The notes below the pieces were generated by a model that was not told the DNA's origin, searched no databases, and saw nothing but the letters and a program-made list of their open reading frames with translations. A DNA stretch of 64,000 nucleotides from Macrostomum lignano. Lineage: Eukaryota. Of the stretch, positions 58,800-64,000 are shown in pieces. A program made the position numbers and the translations under genes. Numbering within the stretch: position 1 is the stretch's first letter; every line of letters begins with the position of its first letter. The DNA lies in the NCBI GenBank assembly GCA_002269645.1, contig NIVC01003823.1, positions 1,068 to 65,067 on the forward strand, given 5' to 3'.

Positions 58800-60074
58800 T
58801 TAGAGATTCCTCTTTGTACGCACCACTCCAAATTTGAGCAAAAATTTTGAAGGCCGATTTTCTAATTTCGACCCTGACTCATCAGAAACCGATGCAGGCA
58901 TCATTTTCTGTCCATTATGATGCATGAGAATGTGCTAATGTACTGTAATTCTCATGTAATATAAATGTACATGTAATGCAATTCCAAGGGTCCTTGGTAA
59001 ACCCCCCGGAATTACTCCTTTTGTAACTTATTACCTCTTTGTAACTAATTGGCCACCATATAATAGGCCAAATACATGAAGAGCCAACTTGTCAAATGAT
59101 ATACAAATAAATACATTTTCCGCTATCAAATGACACCAAGCTGGTTGAATTTCAGGTAATCAGGGAATTTCAGGTATCAAAAATCTTTAGGCAAAAGTAA
59201 CACTACTTTAGACACTAATCAGATTTCTAAAGAAACACCTGCAAGTAAAAATGCATGCATGCTGACAACCTAAGAGTAACAGGCTTAATTCGAGTTGCTT
59301 GGACGCATAGCACCCTTTTGGACACCATGTGAAGATCGCCGCCCCCGCCCACACTAATGAACTGCTGATTCAGCATATACTACTGTTACTATTTAGTTCT
59401 GGCAAGTAGTAGAGTAAAGTTGCTCTTTGGCAAAATGAAGTCTCAAGACGAAAAGATGTGGAAATGAAAAGATTCCAATTTTATTTAAATCATAGAGTTG
59501 TTAAGTGGATATCTGGTGTTATAGAGGCAGACAGCAGTTAAACTTAAGCTGATTGGCCGTTGTTGATGGCAACAATATAAGATAGTCACAACTGACGATG
59601 GAATCAGACGTTGCCTTCTCAAATTCTGTTAGAAAAAAACGCACAACCAAGTCCTCTACTGGGAACCATCACCCGGACACAAGGACAGCCATTTAAACCT
59701 CAGTGAGCAAAGCAGCCAGACAAATATAATAAGAGGCAGGAAACAGAGCTCAGCAACATGAAGCCCACACGGTGGGTTCAGAGGTTGACTGCGCCACTGT
59801 CACGCGTCTTTGCTCACTGAACAGCACGCACCACACGACTACGAGCTTGGCTCCCGCCACTTCAATTTATGCAACACGCGACTGCAGAACCACCGAAATA
59901 AATCGATAGACCAGCAGCACGGATGTAACACTGTCAGTAATTTAAATGGTTGATTAAACGTGGTTAAGGACAATAAGCTGGGGGATTTAGAGGAGCGAGT
60001 AATAAAAAAGGAGTCCGACGAGCAACTAAAAAGATGATTAATCAGTTTTTGTAGTTAGCTTCATCTTCGCAGCT

Positions 60075-60080
60075 TTTATT
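60075..60080 (-). terminator. AATAAA polyadenylation signal candidate for alpha-tubulin
   Basis: tttatt on plus, 7 nt after the TAG stop. Confidence 0.45.
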
Positions 60081-60086
60081 CACTGT

Positions 60087-61540
<1,454 letters not shown>

Positions 61541-61656
61541 GGTTGATTAGCCTAGAAAGAGGCGTGGAGACTGTAGAAGACAAAACGCTTTGACGAGCTT
61601 GAAGTTAGCTGTAGAGCTGGCGATGAGGAGTCTCGGAGCGGGCTCAGAATTCTCTA

Positions 61657-61735
61657 TTTTATAGAGTTGGCCCGGCGTAACCAACGGCAACATGGTATCT
61701 GGCCATTATGCTGTAAAGCCCGCGTTGCCAATAGC
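61657..61735 (-). promoter_or_regulatory. Alpha-tubulin core promoter: TATA box and reverse-oriented CCAAT
   Basis: ctataaaatag on minus (TATAAAA at 61657-61663), ~120 bp upstream of the ATG, and ccaat at ~61728. Confidence 0.6.
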
Positions 61736-63174
61736 GATGTGTGGGGACGGAAAATGGGTCGGAAGGCGTTGGGCGGGGTTTTTTCAGTCATGTACACTAT
61801 ATCAGTGTACGCTAGTTGTAGATTTTAGATCAAATACAAACCCCTGTCCCGTACCTCAATTGTTGCGCTGGCTTTCACTCCTAGTAGGGGTAGGAAAAAT
61901 CGATAATTTTGGGCAGTGAAGGGCTGAGGGGGCTGAAGCCACGCGATGTGACTCACCCTCAGGCTTCAACCCCCCCCCCTAAATTTCATTTCCAACCCAA
62001 CCCTGCCTGGCCCCCCAGTGTGAAGGGAAGGAAGGATTTTCTCTACCCCAGTCTATGCTTGCTGTCTGTTAGGCCCTGCTGTATTGGTATTGAGGGCGTA
62101 GCCAGCCCTTGCTAGATTTCTCTAGCACCCCACCCTCCCCAAACCCCCCTAAGAGACCCACCCATGCGACGCCGGCGCGCCTTGCACTGGATTCAGTGGA
62201 TTGCCCTCAGACTCAGCCCACTCGCTCGCTTACTCACTCGTCTCGTCACTCCCTCCACGCTCACACTGCATGCATGCATGGGACTTCGGCTGTGCAGTAG
62301 GCGGGCAGTATGCTACAGCAATTACCCCCATGGCCATAGCATAGCCCAATAATTCTGCCCGCTTGCCAGACTCTAGCAGCCCCCTTAGCTGGAGAGGGAG
62401 TGAGCCTTGTGGCTATAACTCAAGTGGGGCCGTTGCCATGGTTCCCGTCCCGTCTCTCCCTCTCCCTCTCTCTTGCTTGCCAATGCCTAACTTGTAGCAC
62501 AATAGAAGCTAGAACGCTCCTGGGCTTGGAGTTGTAAACTAAAAAGAATGCATTGCATTGCATCTGCATGCGTTGCCAGCCACAGGCCACAGGCCAAGTA
62601 AAGAAATTTCTTTTTATTTCTTTTCCATTTTTCCATTTCCATTTTACTATTTCCAATGCAATTTTAATGCTAGCTCTGTTTTCTCTCCGTCTCCAATGAC
62701 GCTCGAAACTGAAAAAAAATTAGAGCAAGAAATGAAAGATATGGTTTGTCTTTCATTTTAATTCTCTCTACACTCTCAGTTGGAAGTTTTTCCGTTCTAA
62801 TTCTAGACTAGCTGTTGCAGCAAATTGCAACAAAAGCCCGAGTCCAACTTCTACCACTTTAGCGTGCTCTAGAAAAAATATAGAAACTTGAGCAGACACT
62901 GGCGACTGCTGAGTGCTGAGTCATGGTCTATGTGAATATATTATGTGAGTTGCAATGTGTGACCATGGTGATCACACAATTTGTACATCACATCACATTT
63001 GATTCCTTTGTACATTGGGCGCGTGATTTTATAGCTCCTTTAATGGCAGTGTGAATGAGCCTTAACCATACAACTACAGGGAAAGTCTCTATTCACATGT
63101 ACTATGCAGTGAGCAAATATTGCAGTGACAGTGCAGACTATAGCATGCTGCATTTATGATTTAAGGTCATCACC

Positions 63175-63650
63175 CTCTTCCTATGAATCCCTGTGAATCA
63201 CTGTGATTCCCTGAGAGTCCTTGTGAGTCCTTGTGAGTCCTTCCCAGAGAGTCTCTGTGATTTCCTTCCTGTGAATCTCTGTGATTCCCCTCCTTGTGAA
63301 TTTATATGATTCCCTCCCTGTGCGTCCCTGTGATTCCCTACCTGGTGATTCCTGTGAATCTGTGATTTCCTCCCTGTGAATCTGTGATTTCCTCCTGTGA
63401 ATCTCTGTGATTCACTGATTCCCTTCCTGTGAATCTCTGTGATTCCCTTCCTGTGAATCTCTGTGATTCCCTCATGTGAGTCCCTGTGATTCCTCTGTGA
63501 GTCCCTGTGATTCCCCCTGTAATTTCTGTGAATCTCTGTGATTCCTCCCTGTGAATCTCGTGATTCCCTCCCTGTGAATCTTGTGATTCCCCCTGTGAAT
63601 CTCTGTGATTCCCTCCATGTGAGTCCCTGTGAGTCTCTGAGATTCCCTTC
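63175..63650. repeat. Degenerate ~20-bp minisatellite (gtgaatctctgtgattccct)
   Basis: More than 20 variable copies. Confidence 0.85.
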
Positions 63651-64000
63651 TTTTGTTCCTGCTTGTATTTTTAAATCTTCTGTCTTGAAATTTCAATCTC
63701 GCATTTCCTTCTCTTGATTTTACCAGACGTGCATGCAAGATGCAAGTACAGTGTAAAAAAGATCATAATCGAAAATATGATACGCTTTGAATTCTTAGCA
63801 GGTTAGCTGAATCTTCGCATTAATTAATAGGCCAAAGCCCCATGTATACAATCGGTATATATATATATATATATCCAGAGATAATTGAAATGCAGGCAAA
63901 GTTTAACTTTCATGCCTGACTTGCATTTTAATCGTTCAACTTCGAATAGAACTAAAACCAGTCTAGGCTTCGCAACTCAAGCAAATTTCCTTTCTATTTG

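Noticed and set aside
58850-58895. CUGAUGAG...CGAAA on the minus strand
   Set aside because: Stem II is weak and no stem III with a UH cleavage site can be formed.

Overview
Eukaryotic (invertebrate animal) genomic DNA with short GT-AG introns, GC3-rich exons and many repeats. The style is consistent with a lophotrochozoan such as a free-living flatworm (inference). Five host genes can be reconstructed: (1) a ~5,000-aa RNF213/mysterin-like AAA+ ATPase-E3 ligase (+, 5493-25677, ~23 coding exons) with an intact RZ finger, an unusual RING and one -1 frameshift; (2) a CRAL-TRIO/Sec14 lipid-binding protein (-, 30950-37977); (3) a TRPM-type cation channel whose N-terminal MHR1/2 (SLOG) region appears replaced by ~6-7 ankyrin repeats (+, 41824-46841); (4) a Cys-loop receptor with an intronless CDS lacking the acetylcholine-binding signature (-, 50612-51916); (5) an alpha-tubulin with two 1-bp deletions (-, 60087-61540). 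Between and within them lie RNase H-bearing LINE fragments, three copies of a tRNA-derived SINE, a Penelope-like GIY-YIG fragment with a degenerate minimal hammerhead ribozyme, a decayed Gypsy element interrupted by a foldback/MULE-like element with a 9-bp TSD, hAT-like and other MITEs, Tc1/mariner and THAP relics, and several minisatellites. The most novel-looking items are the ankyrin-TRPM chimera, the RING variant and RZ micro-exon of RNF213, and the divergent Cys-loop receptor.
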